From assembly GCA_034433375.1 (NCBI GenBank), contig DAOUAQ010000116.1, positions 16,442-80,441 on the forward strand: a stretch of DNA of 64,000 nucleotides. Reading direction: 5' to 3'. The first letter of the stretch is position 1. Each line of letters opens with the position of its first letter. The DNA comes from Anaerolineae bacterium. Its GTDB lineage: Bacteria > Chloroflexota > Anaerolineae > B4-G1 > SLSP01. Of the stretch, positions 53,944 to 62,044 are shown in pieces. A program made the position numbers and the translations under genes. The notes beneath the pieces were generated by a model. It did no database searches. It was not told the DNA's origin and saw only the letters and a program-made list of their open reading frames with translations.

Positions 53944-55749
53944 ATGTCACGTTTATTGATTATCTTGACAGTAGCTTTACTGGCGGCGGTCATGGTAGTG
54001 GGGTGGGTTCTGGGGCCGGGGATGGATCAGCGGTTGGTGCCCGGTGTGTGGATTTGGAACGCCCCACTCGGCGGTATGGCGCTCTCCGACGCGGCGACGC
54101 ACCTTCAGGCCTCACTGCCGTTGCACCAGCCGAACGTGGTGATTGTGGGGCCAGAGGGGCAGCGGTGGGCGCTTTCTCCGGCGGATTTGGGTATGATGGT
54201 GGATGCGCAAGCGACGTTAGCCCGCGCCTACGCTGTAGGGCACGAAACAAAGGGTAGCCGGATGTTCTCCGAGCGTCTGGAGATCATGCTGGACGGCGTT
54301 ATGCTGCCGCCTGTGTTGGCCTGGAATGAACAGCAAACCTTGCAAGTCTTGCAGGCCATCGCCGCCGAATTAGAGCGCTCGCCTCAGGATGCGCGGGTAC
54401 GCCTCGAAGGCACAGACCTGCGCCTGGAGCCGGGCATTGAGGGACGGCAGATGGACATTTCGACGACCCTACAAGTGCTGCTGCCCCATCTTTACGCGCT
54501 GGAGTCGGTGGAAATTGTACCGCCGCTCATCAAAGTGACCCCGCAGATCACCGACGACAAAGCCGAGCAAGCATTGGGCATCGCCCGCAACGTCCTGGCA
54601 GAGCCGCTCACCCTCGTTGTCGCTAACCCGCGCGCAGGCGATCCCGGCCCGTGGACGATGACGCCGGACGTTATGGCGACAATGTTATCCCTCCACATCG
54701 GTGCGGAGGGCGTCGCCGTCGGTTTGGACGAAGCCGCGTTGGCGCAGTTCCTTGGCCCGCTGGCGCTGGCGCTGGCGCGCGAACCGGTCAACGCGACTTT
54801 TAGCTTTGACGCTGCCGCCATCACCTTGACGCCCGAAACACCGAGTGTGATGGGCCGCGAGATGGACGTGACCGCGTCGCTCAAATACATCAACACGATG
54901 CTGCAAGAAGGCCAGCACTTTGTGCCCCTCGTGTTGATCGAAACGCCTCCCGATTATCCCGATACGGTGACAGCCGCCGATTTGGGTATCCGCGAGGTTG
55001 TGGCGGTGGGTGAATCCTACTTTACCGGCTCCTCCTCTGCCCGCGACAAGAACATTCGTCTGGGCGCGTCCAAATTTGACGGGATCATCATTGTGCCTGG
55101 GCAGACATTCTCTTTCAACCAATACCTGGGTGACGTGACATCTGAGGCCGGGTACGACCAATCCTACGTGATCATCGGCAATCGCACGGTGCTTGGGGTG
55201 GGGGGCGGCATCTGCCAGGTGGCAACGACGGCCTTCCGCGCGGCCTATTTCGGCGGCTATTCCATCGTCGAACGGTGGCCGCACGCCTATCGTGTGGGTT
55301 ACTATGAGCTGGGCGGCTTTGGGCCGGGCTTCGACGCGACGGTTTATTCCCCGTTGGTTGATCTGCGGTTCACCAACGACACGCCGTATCACATCTTAGT
55401 CAAGACCGAGATGGATGCTGCGCGGGCGCGGTTGCGATTTATCTTCTACAGCACCAATACCGGGCGCGTGGTCGAACAGGTCGGGCCGACGTGGGGCGCT
55501 CCCATCCCGTCAACAAAATCTGTCTATGAATACGATCCCAAACTGCCGGCCGGCACCGCCGTCCAGGATGAACGTCCTCACGACGGATTGAAAGCCACCC
55601 TGGGGCGTATTGTGCGCGATGCCGACGGTAAAGTGCTTTACGAGGACACCTTCTTTAGCAATTTCATCCCCTGGCCGGCGCGGTATCGCTATGGACCGGG
55701 CTACACGCCGCCGGAGGGGGCGGAAGTTGTTTCCACGCCTACGCCCTAA
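53944..55749 (+). CDS. VanW-like domain protein with N-terminal TM anchor
   Basis: 601 aa. The N-terminal TM is 'LIILTVALLAAVMVVGWVLG'. The VanW-like core is 'GGGICQVATTAFRAAYFGGYSIVERWPHAYRVGYY'. Confidence 0.55.
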   Translation: MSRLLIILTVALLAAVMVVGWVLGPGMDQRLVPGVWIWNAPLGGMALSDAATHLQASLPLHQPNVVIVGPEGQRWALSPADLGMMVDAQATLARAYAVGHETKGSRMFSERLEIMLDGVMLPPVLAWNEQQTLQVLQAIAAELERSPQDARVRLEGTDLRLEPGIEGRQMDISTTLQVLLPHLYALESVEIVPPLIKVTPQITDDKAEQALGIARNVLAEPLTLVVANPRAGDPGPWTMTPDVMATMLSLHIGAEGVAVGLDEAALAQFLGPLALALAREPVNATFSFDAAAITLTPETPSVMGREMDVTASLKYINTMLQEGQHFVPLVLIETPPDYPDTVTAADLGIREVVAVGESYFTGSSSARDKNIRLGASKFDGIIIVPGQTFSFNQYLGDVTSEAGYDQSYVIIGNRTVLGVGGGICQVATTAFRAAYFGGYSIVERWPHAYRVGYYELGGFGPGFDATVYSPLVDLRFTNDTPYHILVKTEMDAARARLRFIFYSTNTGRVVEQVGPTWGAPIPSTKSVYEYDPKLPAGTAVQDERPHDGLKATLGRIVRDADGKVLYEDTFFSNFIPWPARYRYGPGYTPPEGAEVVSTPTP

Positions 55750-55791
55750 CCGGGCTGTTAGTGAATGGTAAATTTGTGAAATGTGATGCGG

Positions 55792-55855
55792 AAAACGTAA
55801 AAAACCGCTTACGTTTTATGACAAAAACACCCTCGCCTGTGTAAGGCGAGGGTGT
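55792..55855. terminator. Two adjacent hairpins between convergent genes; the distal one is a terminator for the minus-strand gene (stem plus TTTTTG on the minus strand)
   Basis: Hairpin 1 pairs 'aaaacgtaa' (55792-55800) with 'ttacgtttt' (55809-55817). Hairpin 2 pairs 'acaccctcgcc' (55827-55837) with 'ggcgagggtgt' (55845-55855) around loop 'tgtgtaa'. On the minus strand hairpin 2 is followed by 'ttttgtcat'. Confidence 0.55.
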
Positions 55856-55880
55856 TAATTGATGAAGTTGTGTTCTGGGA

Positions 55881-56987
55881 TTATTCGAGCTGCTTTACCC
55901 ACGCGCGCAACTCAAATGTGACCTTCTGGAAGAAGCTGTTGGGCGGGAAATTCCCCTGCGCGTATTCCAACTCTGTGATGCGCGCTTTGACGCGCAGCGC
56001 CGTTGTGTCCAGCGTGACCTCCATACCGGGGCGAATCTCCTGCAGGTCGTCCCCCTCGCGTTTGGGCTGAATCTTTTCGATCAACCCGGGATCCTCGAAG
56101 GCGTATTCGCTGGCAAGTACCGTGGTGACGGTGCGGATGTCGCTCTTGTCGAAGAGCCAGGTTTCAAAGGCGGTAACCTTCTTGGGATCGCCTGCGCCAA
56201 GCGTCTCTGAAATGCCGATGCCGCACTCGCCAAAGAAATCAGCGCCGATTTCGATGCTGAATGAGGGATCGAAGTAATCATCGCCCAGGACGTAGGTGTA
56301 CATCTTCACCGAGGAGGGTTCGGCCTCTCCCGCACCGACAACAACGCCGACGGGCGCTGCCATTCCCGGCGCAGTTACGGCAGCCGTCGGCGCGGGCTGC
56401 GCCGCCTGTTTCTTGCGTCCGACGAAGAGGAACCATAGCGCCGCCGCAACTAGAACGATCAGGAGAAGCCCTGCCAACAGGCGGATGAGCGTATTGAACA
56501 GCCCTCCCGCTGCCGATTCTGCTGCCGCCTCTTCGGCCTTCCAGGCGTTCAGCATCCCCGGTAGGTCCTGTTGCAGACGCTTGAGGGAGACAAGTTTATC
56601 TCCGAGGTTAAATCGCCCGGCCTCCGCGTATTTAACGGCGGTATCGAGGTCGCTCTTCAAAACATTGGGATCTTTGCGCCAGGGGATGGTGCGAACCGGC
56701 GGCAAATCCATGCCCATGCCTAGCTTTTCGCGCACCGCGCGGATGTCGTTAGTCCGTGCATAATCTTCGGCGACACCGGCAAGGTAAACCGAGCGGAAAT
56801 CCGCCCGCAGTTTGCCCGGATTGGCATCTTCCCATTGCACCGGGAACACGCCCCAACCGAGGACCAGGCCGATGGCGACACCGAGGGCAAGCGAAATCAA
56901 GAGCTTATACTTATCCCAGATGGGTTGAATTTTGACCATAACCTGCGCAAAAATCGTAAAAGCTTTAGCAAGCAATGTATCGAACAT
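55881..56987 (-). CDS. Hypothetical N-terminally membrane-anchored protein of unknown function
   Basis: 368 aa. One TM is present ('ISLALGVAIGLVLGWGVF'), and a second hydrophobic segment ('LLAGLLLIVLVAAALWFLFV'). I recognise no family. It lies downstream of, and co-directional with, the GH94 gene. Confidence 0.5.
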   Translation of the reverse strand: MFDTLLAKAFTIFAQVMVKIQPIWDKYKLLISLALGVAIGLVLGWGVFPVQWEDANPGKLRADFRSVYLAGVAEDYARTNDIRAVREKLGMGMDLPPVRTIPWRKDPNVLKSDLDTAVKYAEAGRFNLGDKLVSLKRLQQDLPGMLNAWKAEEAAAESAAGGLFNTLIRLLAGLLLIVLVAAALWFLFVGRKKQAAQPAPTAAVTAPGMAAPVGVVVGAGEAEPSSVKMYTYVLGDDYFDPSFSIEIGADFFGECGIGISETLGAGDPKKVTAFETWLFDKSDIRTVTTVLASEYAFEDPGLIEKIQPKREGDDLQEIRPGMEVTLDTTALRVKARITELEYAQGNFPPNSFFQKVTFELRAWVKQLE

Positions 56988-57030
56988 AGGTCACTCCCTT
57001 CAGGTTAAGATGAGGTCATCTCCAATCAAG

Positions 57031-57051
57031 ATTATCATAAATAATGATAAT
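57031..57051. promoter_or_regulatory. Perfect 8-bp-arm palindrome ATTATCAT-aaata-ATGATAAT upstream of the hypothetical gene; candidate operator
   Basis: It lies in an AT-rich 190-nt intergenic region between the GH94 gene and the 55881..56987 gene, ~45 nt upstream of that gene's start codon. Confidence 0.4.
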
Positions 57052-57177
57052 CACAATCCTACAAAGTGCAACCCACGCAACATCAAAATCATAATATCAC
57101 GAAACAAAAATAAACACAACTGAAGCGCATTGCAGATGTGTTTTTCTCTATTTCGTTCGCGTTTTATTGAGTGGTGT

Positions 57178-59574
57178 CTACCCTAAGATCACCACGACGC
57201 GGTTTTCCGTACTCAGCCGATCCGCCGGGACGAGGTTGCCGGGCAGGACTTCGCCGTTCAGCGTGAGCGCGTGGACGCCGCGACAGACGCCGTGGGGATT
57301 CTTGACCTCGATATGCACAGTGCGGCCCCGGAAGCGGCGCGTGGCGGTGAAGCCGGGCCACGTCGAAGGGATGCACGGGGCAATACGCAGGCCGTCCAGC
57401 TCCGGGCGGATGCCCAGGATGTACTGTGTGGCGCTGAAGTAAGCCCACGCCGCCGCCCCGGTGAGCCACGAGGTGCGTGTGTTGCCCGCGCGTGGCGAGA
57501 AGGTGGAGTAGGTTGTCTGCGCCTGGACGTAAGGCTCGCACTGGCGGATTTCGGCGCGGTTGTTGTAGGCTGCCGGCATGAAGTCCCGGTAGTATTGGTG
57601 CGCCTGGTCGCCGTGGCCGAGTAGACATTCCGCCATCACGCCCCAGCCCTGGGTGTGGTTGAAGATGCCGGCATTCTCCTTGATGCCGGGATTGAAGACC
57701 AACGCGCGCATCACATCCACCGGCATATTGACGAAGGCCGGCGCGCAGAGCATCAGGCCGTAGGGGGTCGCCAGGTGCTCCTTGACGGTTTGCATACAGC
57801 GTTCCGCCTGTTCCGGCGTCGCGCTCCCACTGATGACCGACCAGACCTGGGTGTTCAGATAGACTTTGCCTTCCGGGGATTCCTTGGTGCCGTACACCGT
57901 GCCGTCATCCCCGATGGCCCAGATGAACCAGTCGCCGTCCCAGGCGCACTTCTGGATGTTGGCCTCCAATGTCTCGTGTTGCGCCCGCGCCCAGGCCGCT
58001 TCTTCCGGTCTACCGAGCCTCTCGGCGATTTCGGCGTAAATCGTCAGGCCAAGCTGCACCTGGAAGGCGACGAACAGGCTTTCGCCGTAGTAGCCGAGTT
58101 TGAGGCAATCGTTCCAGTCGGCGTGCAGGCCGCAGGGCAGACCGTGCGCGCCGGTGCGCTCCAGGTTGAACTCCAACGCGCGGCGCAAATGGCCGAACAC
58201 CGTCGCCTCGCCCTTATCGGCGTAGGGCAGCACTTTGTCGTAGAAGCTCAGATCGCCGGTTTCGCCCACCATCAGCGGGACGACGTTGAAGAACCACAGG
58301 CAGTCGTCGGAGCGATAATACTCGTCGGGGGGCGGGCTTTCGTGGCCGGGGCGATGGTCGAACGGCTGGATTACGGGGATCGCGCCGCCGCTGGACACCT
58401 GCCCGGTTAGCATCAATTCGAGGCGCGCCTGAGCCTCTTCTGGAATGGCAGCCGCTACGCCCAGAATGTCCTGCACCGAGTCGCGGAATCCCAGGCCATC
58501 GCGCTCGCCGTTGTAGACCAGGCTGGCGGCCCGCGACCAGGCGAAGGTGATGAGGCAGTTGTAGAGGCCCCACACGTTGACCGTGTGATTGAAGTCTTCG
58601 TCCGGCGTCTCGGCCATCAGACTGCCCAGGCGGGCGTGCCAAGCATCTTGCAGCTTTTGCAGCTCGACGGCTGCGCGTTCCACCGAGCCGTACTCCGCCA
58701 CGGTGCGCTTGCCCACCACACGCGCGTCACCGATGCCGAGCATCACCAGCACCGCGCGGCTTTCGCCGGGTTGAAGGGTCAACGTGGTGTGCAGCGTCCC
58801 GCAAGCGTTGTCGCCGTAGGCGTGGCTGTTGCTGCACTGCCCCTTTTCCACTGCCAACGGGTTGTGGTAGTTGCGGTACGGGCCGAGGAACGCCTCGCGG
58901 CTGGTGTCGTACCCGGTGAGCGGCGCGCCGACCAGCGTCATCCACGTCTGGTTGATTTTGTGGTGCAGCAGCGTCTCCTCATCGCGGGGCGTCAGGTTGT
59001 CCTCAATCGCAATCCGCAGCAGATTGTCGTCGGTGAGCGTGCCGCGCACGATGAAGAGCGAGTATTGCAGGTTCACCTGATCCTGGAACGTCATCCACTG
59101 GTTGGTGAATTCGCAGTACGTGAACAGCGAGATTTCGCGCGGGTGGTCGCTCTCGTTGGTGACTTTGAGCTGCCAGTACTCGAAGGTCTGTCCCAGGGGG
59201 ACGAAGTACGTGGCTTCGGTCGCAATGCCGGCGTAGCGCGACTCGAAAACGGAGTAGGCTGTGCCGTGGCGACACGTTGACTGATACTGGTCAAGCGGCT
59301 TGCCCACCGGCTGCCACGACGCCGACCAATAATCGCCGTTGGCGTTGTCGCGCAGGTAGAAGTAACGTCCCGGCTGATCCATCGGGATGCTGTTGAAGAA
59401 CAGGCGCATAAAGCGTCCCCGCGCGCCGGATTTGTAGAAGCCGTAACCGCCGGCGTTGTTGGTGATGATCGCGCCGTATTCGGTCGAACCCAGATAATTG
59501 CTCCACGATTGTGGCGTGTCGGGTCGTGTAATCACATATTCTTTTGCGTTATCATCAAAGTAACCGTATTGCAT
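57178..59574 (-). CDS. Glycoside hydrolase family 94 cellobiose/cellodextrin phosphorylase-like enzyme
   Basis: 798 aa. The N-terminus 'MQYGYFDDNAKEYVITRPDTPQSWSNYLGSTEYGAIITNNAGGYGFYKSGARGRFMRLFFNSIPMDQPGRYFYLRDN' closely resembles cellobiose phosphorylase N-termini that I know ('MKFGFFDD..KEYVIT..TP.PWINYLG...SNTAGGYSFY'). The length matches GH94. Confidence 0.75.
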   Translation of the reverse strand: MQYGYFDDNAKEYVITRPDTPQSWSNYLGSTEYGAIITNNAGGYGFYKSGARGRFMRLFFNSIPMDQPGRYFYLRDNANGDYWSASWQPVGKPLDQYQSTCRHGTAYSVFESRYAGIATEATYFVPLGQTFEYWQLKVTNESDHPREISLFTYCEFTNQWMTFQDQVNLQYSLFIVRGTLTDDNLLRIAIEDNLTPRDEETLLHHKINQTWMTLVGAPLTGYDTSREAFLGPYRNYHNPLAVEKGQCSNSHAYGDNACGTLHTTLTLQPGESRAVLVMLGIGDARVVGKRTVAEYGSVERAAVELQKLQDAWHARLGSLMAETPDEDFNHTVNVWGLYNCLITFAWSRAASLVYNGERDGLGFRDSVQDILGVAAAIPEEAQARLELMLTGQVSSGGAIPVIQPFDHRPGHESPPPDEYYRSDDCLWFFNVVPLMVGETGDLSFYDKVLPYADKGEATVFGHLRRALEFNLERTGAHGLPCGLHADWNDCLKLGYYGESLFVAFQVQLGLTIYAEIAERLGRPEEAAWARAQHETLEANIQKCAWDGDWFIWAIGDDGTVYGTKESPEGKVYLNTQVWSVISGSATPEQAERCMQTVKEHLATPYGLMLCAPAFVNMPVDVMRALVFNPGIKENAGIFNHTQGWGVMAECLLGHGDQAHQYYRDFMPAAYNNRAEIRQCEPYVQAQTTYSTFSPRAGNTRTSWLTGAAAWAYFSATQYILGIRPELDGLRIAPCIPSTWPGFTATRRFRGRTVHIEVKNPHGVCRGVHALTLNGEVLPGNLVPADRLSTENRVVVILG

Positions 59575-59672
59575 AATAAATCCCCTTTCGGAAAATAATA
59601 GTGTGGCGCGGAGGTCTCGCCTGCGCTACTTGTTGATTGTGCTGCGATAAGTATACGCGAAACACGCGCGCG

Positions 59673-60122
59673 TCAACCCGATCGGCGTTCACTGGCGACC
59701 GCAAACGGATTTTGCACGCGCACGCCCTCATACGTTTGCCCGTGGTTGAGGTCTTCTGACCAGAGGACGGCGCAGCCAAGTCGGGCCGCGCTCCAGACGA
59801 TCATCGCGTCCCAGAAGGAGAGCTGGTAGCGTTGCTGTACGCGGATCGCGTTCACTACATCGTGAGGTACGGGCGCATGTACCGTCCAATCAGACAAGTC
59901 ACGGATGATTTGCGTTGCGGTCGCTATGTCCACAGGCGTCACAATCTTCTGCGTGATATTCACATAGAACTCTTGCAAGACTTGAAGGCTGAGACACCCG
60001 GTTTGTGTGCGCCACAAGTCATTCATCAACGCTCGCGCAGTGTGGTGTTTTGCGCCGGCATGAATATCGTAAGCGTAGATGACGATGTTCGTATCGGCAA
60101 ATTGACCCGGCTCAACGTTCAT
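59673..60122 (-). CDS. vapC: PIN-domain toxin (VapC-like) of a type II toxin-antitoxin pair
   Basis: 149 aa. It begins 'ADTNIVIYAYD' with an acidic Asp near the N-terminus. A later 'SFWDAMIVWSAARLGCAVLWSEDLNHGQ' region fits the PIN fold. It overlaps the upstream small gene by ~11 nt. Confidence 0.6.
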   Translation of the reverse strand: MNVEPGQFADTNIVIYAYDIHAGAKHHTARALMNDLWRTQTGCLSLQVLQEFYVNITQKIVTPVDIATATQIIRDLSDWTVHAPVPHDVVNAIRVQQRYQLSFWDAMIVWSAARLGCAVLWSEDLNHGQTYEGVRVQNPFAVASERRSG

Positions 60123-60366
60123 GGAGAGAATCTCGGGTCCAGGTGATTTGACCGCCGGTACCCAGATCCAAGCCGGCTTCCATCAGGGCGATCTGGCGTT
60201 GTTGCGCCAGTTGGTAGCGCGAACGACGTTCGATCAACTCTCGCAACATCTGTGTCATTAATCCGGACATTGATTGTCCTTCTTCGACTGCGATCAGTTT
60301 GATCTCCCTTAGCACGTCTTTGGGAAGCGACAGTGTTACATTTTGGGTTTCCATAGCGGTAGTCAT
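60112..60366 (-). CDS. vapB: Ribbon-helix-helix-type antitoxin (VapB/CopG-like)
   Basis: The ORF runs 60112..60396. The likely start is Met 60366 ('MTTAMETQNVTLSLPKDVLREIKLIAVEEGQSMSGLMTQMLRELIERR'), with RBS 'GGAGGTGGAG' 5 nt upstream on the minus strand. Confidence 0.55.
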   Translation of the reverse strand: MTTAMETQNVTLSLPKDVLREIKLIAVEEGQSMSGLMTQMLRELIERRSRYQLAQQRQIALMEAGLDLGTGGQITWTRDSLHER

Positions 60367-60376
60367 ACTCCACCTC

Positions 60377-60407
60377 CACGTATTTAAGTGTATCACGTAA
60401 ATACGTG
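60377..60407. promoter_or_regulatory. 10-bp-arm inverted repeat CACGTATTTA-N11-TAAATACGTG upstream of the antitoxin gene; candidate TA autoregulatory operator
   Basis: Arms lie at 60377-60386 and 60398-60407. The site sits just upstream of the RBS of the minus-strand antitoxin gene. Confidence 0.45.
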
Positions 60408-60428
60408 AAGGTCAACTTCAATTGAGTC

Positions 60429-60456
60429 TTGACGCGCGTTTGCGGGCGGGTATAAT
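60429..60456 (+). promoter_or_regulatory. Candidate promoter TTGACG-N16-TATAAT for the O-antigen-ligase-like gene
   Basis: TTGACG lies at 60429-60434 and TATAAT at 60451-60456. ATG 60474 follows with an AGAGG RBS-like sequence. Confidence 0.4.
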
Positions 60457-60473
60457 GACCCGCCAGAGGCACA

Positions 60474-61964
60474 ATGACAAACTGGCGCACAACCATTCAG
60501 GATTTGCTCGAAAACAGCGCGCTGCGGCCGCTGATCTTTAACCGCCACCGCTGGCTGTTGGTCGTCATCGCGGTGCTGCTGACGATTGGCGTGAGCGTGG
60601 GCGGTGGCTGGCTCATCGTCGAAGTGGGCGCGCTGGCGGTGATCGCCTTGTTAGTCGGCCTGGGCTTGTTCGCCTGGATCGTACGCGACATCGAGATCGC
60701 TTACGCTGGCGTGATCGGCATTATCACGCTCTTGCCCTTTGCCTCGCTGCCCTTCAGCATTGGCTTCAAGCCGACTTTTTTGGATCTGGCGTTGGGTGGG
60801 CTGTTCTTTGTCTGGCTGGTACCCTATCTGTTGGGTGAGGAGCAACGTTTTGACGCCACACCTCTGGGTGCGCCGGTGTTGGTATTCGCGTTTCTCGCCA
60901 TCGGTACGTTCGTCGCCGGTTTGGGCCACGCGGCATTGACCGTGACCTTGATCCGCCGTTTCGCGGAGACACTGTTGAGCCTCGCCCTCTTCTACCTCGT
61001 CGTCAACACGGTGCGCGACGTCGGGCGTCTGGGGCGGCTGATGCGTTGGTTGATTTTGGGGGCGACGGGGGCGGCGGCGCTTGGGATTGTCTTATACTTT
61101 CTGCCCGACAACCTGACGATTCGGGCGCTTTCTGCGCTAGGCCGTCTGGGTTATCCCGCCGGGGTAGGGGTGTTGCGGTACATTCGCGACGATCCTAGCC
61201 TGATGCAGCGCGCTACGTCCACATCTATTGATCCCAACGTCCTCGGCAGTCTGCTGAATCTTGCGCTGGCGATGACCCTTCCGCAGCTTTTCGCCCAACG
61301 CCCGCTGCTGCCCCGCTGGCTCATCGTGGCGTGTATCGGCGTGATGGGGGTATGTTTGGGGCTGACCATTTCACGCGGGTCTATGGTTGCTGTGGCGCTG
61401 GCGATTTTGGTCGTGAGTGTGCTGCGCTACCGTAAGCTGCTGCCCTGGTTTGCGGTGGCTTTCGTTTTGATACTGATTTTGCCCTGGACGCAGGCATACA
61501 TTGGGCACTTCGTCGAAGGCGTGCAGCTTCAGGATTTGTCAATGAAGATGCGTCTGGGCGAATATAAAGATGCCTTTATTCTCATCGGGCGTTATCCTTT
61601 GCTGGGCGTTGGATTTGCCGGCGCACCGGACATTGATATTTACACCGCCGTCGCCAGCGTCTATCTGACCATCGCTGGGCGGATGGGGTTGATTGGCCTG
61701 GCGGTCTTTCTGGTGATTGCCGCGGTGCTGCTCGCGCGCTTTTGGCGCTGGCGCAAGGCGGCGGAGGCATCGCCAGAGCTGGAACCGCTGTGGTATGGCA
61801 TCCACGCGGCCATTATCGGCGGATTAATCGCCGGTTTGTCGGATCGTTACTTCTTCAGCCTGGATTTTCACCATTCGGTGACGCTGTTTTGGCTGATGGT
61901 CGGCCTGGCCACCGCTGCCGTCCAAATCGCCAGCGCGTCAACCAGAATGAAGCGCAAAACGTAA
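60474..61964 (+). CDS. O-antigen ligase/polymerase (Wzy_C)-like polytopic membrane protein
   Basis: 496 aa with ~11 TM segments. The central loop 'LTISRGSMVAVALAILV' is Wzy_C-like. Confidence 0.5.
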   Translation: MTNWRTTIQDLLENSALRPLIFNRHRWLLVVIAVLLTIGVSVGGGWLIVEVGALAVIALLVGLGLFAWIVRDIEIAYAGVIGIITLLPFASLPFSIGFKPTFLDLALGGLFFVWLVPYLLGEEQRFDATPLGAPVLVFAFLAIGTFVAGLGHAALTVTLIRRFAETLLSLALFYLVVNTVRDVGRLGRLMRWLILGATGAAALGIVLYFLPDNLTIRALSALGRLGYPAGVGVLRYIRDDPSLMQRATSTSIDPNVLGSLLNLALAMTLPQLFAQRPLLPRWLIVACIGVMGVCLGLTISRGSMVAVALAILVVSVLRYRKLLPWFAVAFVLILILPWTQAYIGHFVEGVQLQDLSMKMRLGEYKDAFILIGRYPLLGVGFAGAPDIDIYTAVASVYLTIAGRMGLIGLAVFLVIAAVLLARFWRWRKAAEASPELEPLWYGIHAAIIGGLIAGLSDRYFFSLDFHHSVTLFWLMVGLATAAVQIASASTRMKRKT

Positions 61965-61974
61965 AAGGCGGTTC

Positions 61975-62002
61975 TTGCCGTTTCAAGAGCTTCGAGTATA
62001 CT
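61975..62002 (+). promoter_or_regulatory. Candidate dnaN promoter TTGCCG-N16-TATACT
   Basis: TTGCCG lies at 61975-61980 and TATACT at 61997-62002. RBS AGGAGG lies at 62033-62038. Confidence 0.35.
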
Positions 62003-62044
62003 GGATGTAATGAAACCAAAACACAACGTCTCAGGAGGTCCTCA

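Noticed and set aside
61742-62044. Upstream extension of the dnaN reading frame (ORF 61742..63163)
   Set aside because: The extension overlaps the 3' end of the O-antigen-ligase-like gene. It has no RBS and adds a non-DnaN-like N-terminus. ATG 62045 with AGGAGG 7 nt upstream gives a canonical DnaN start.
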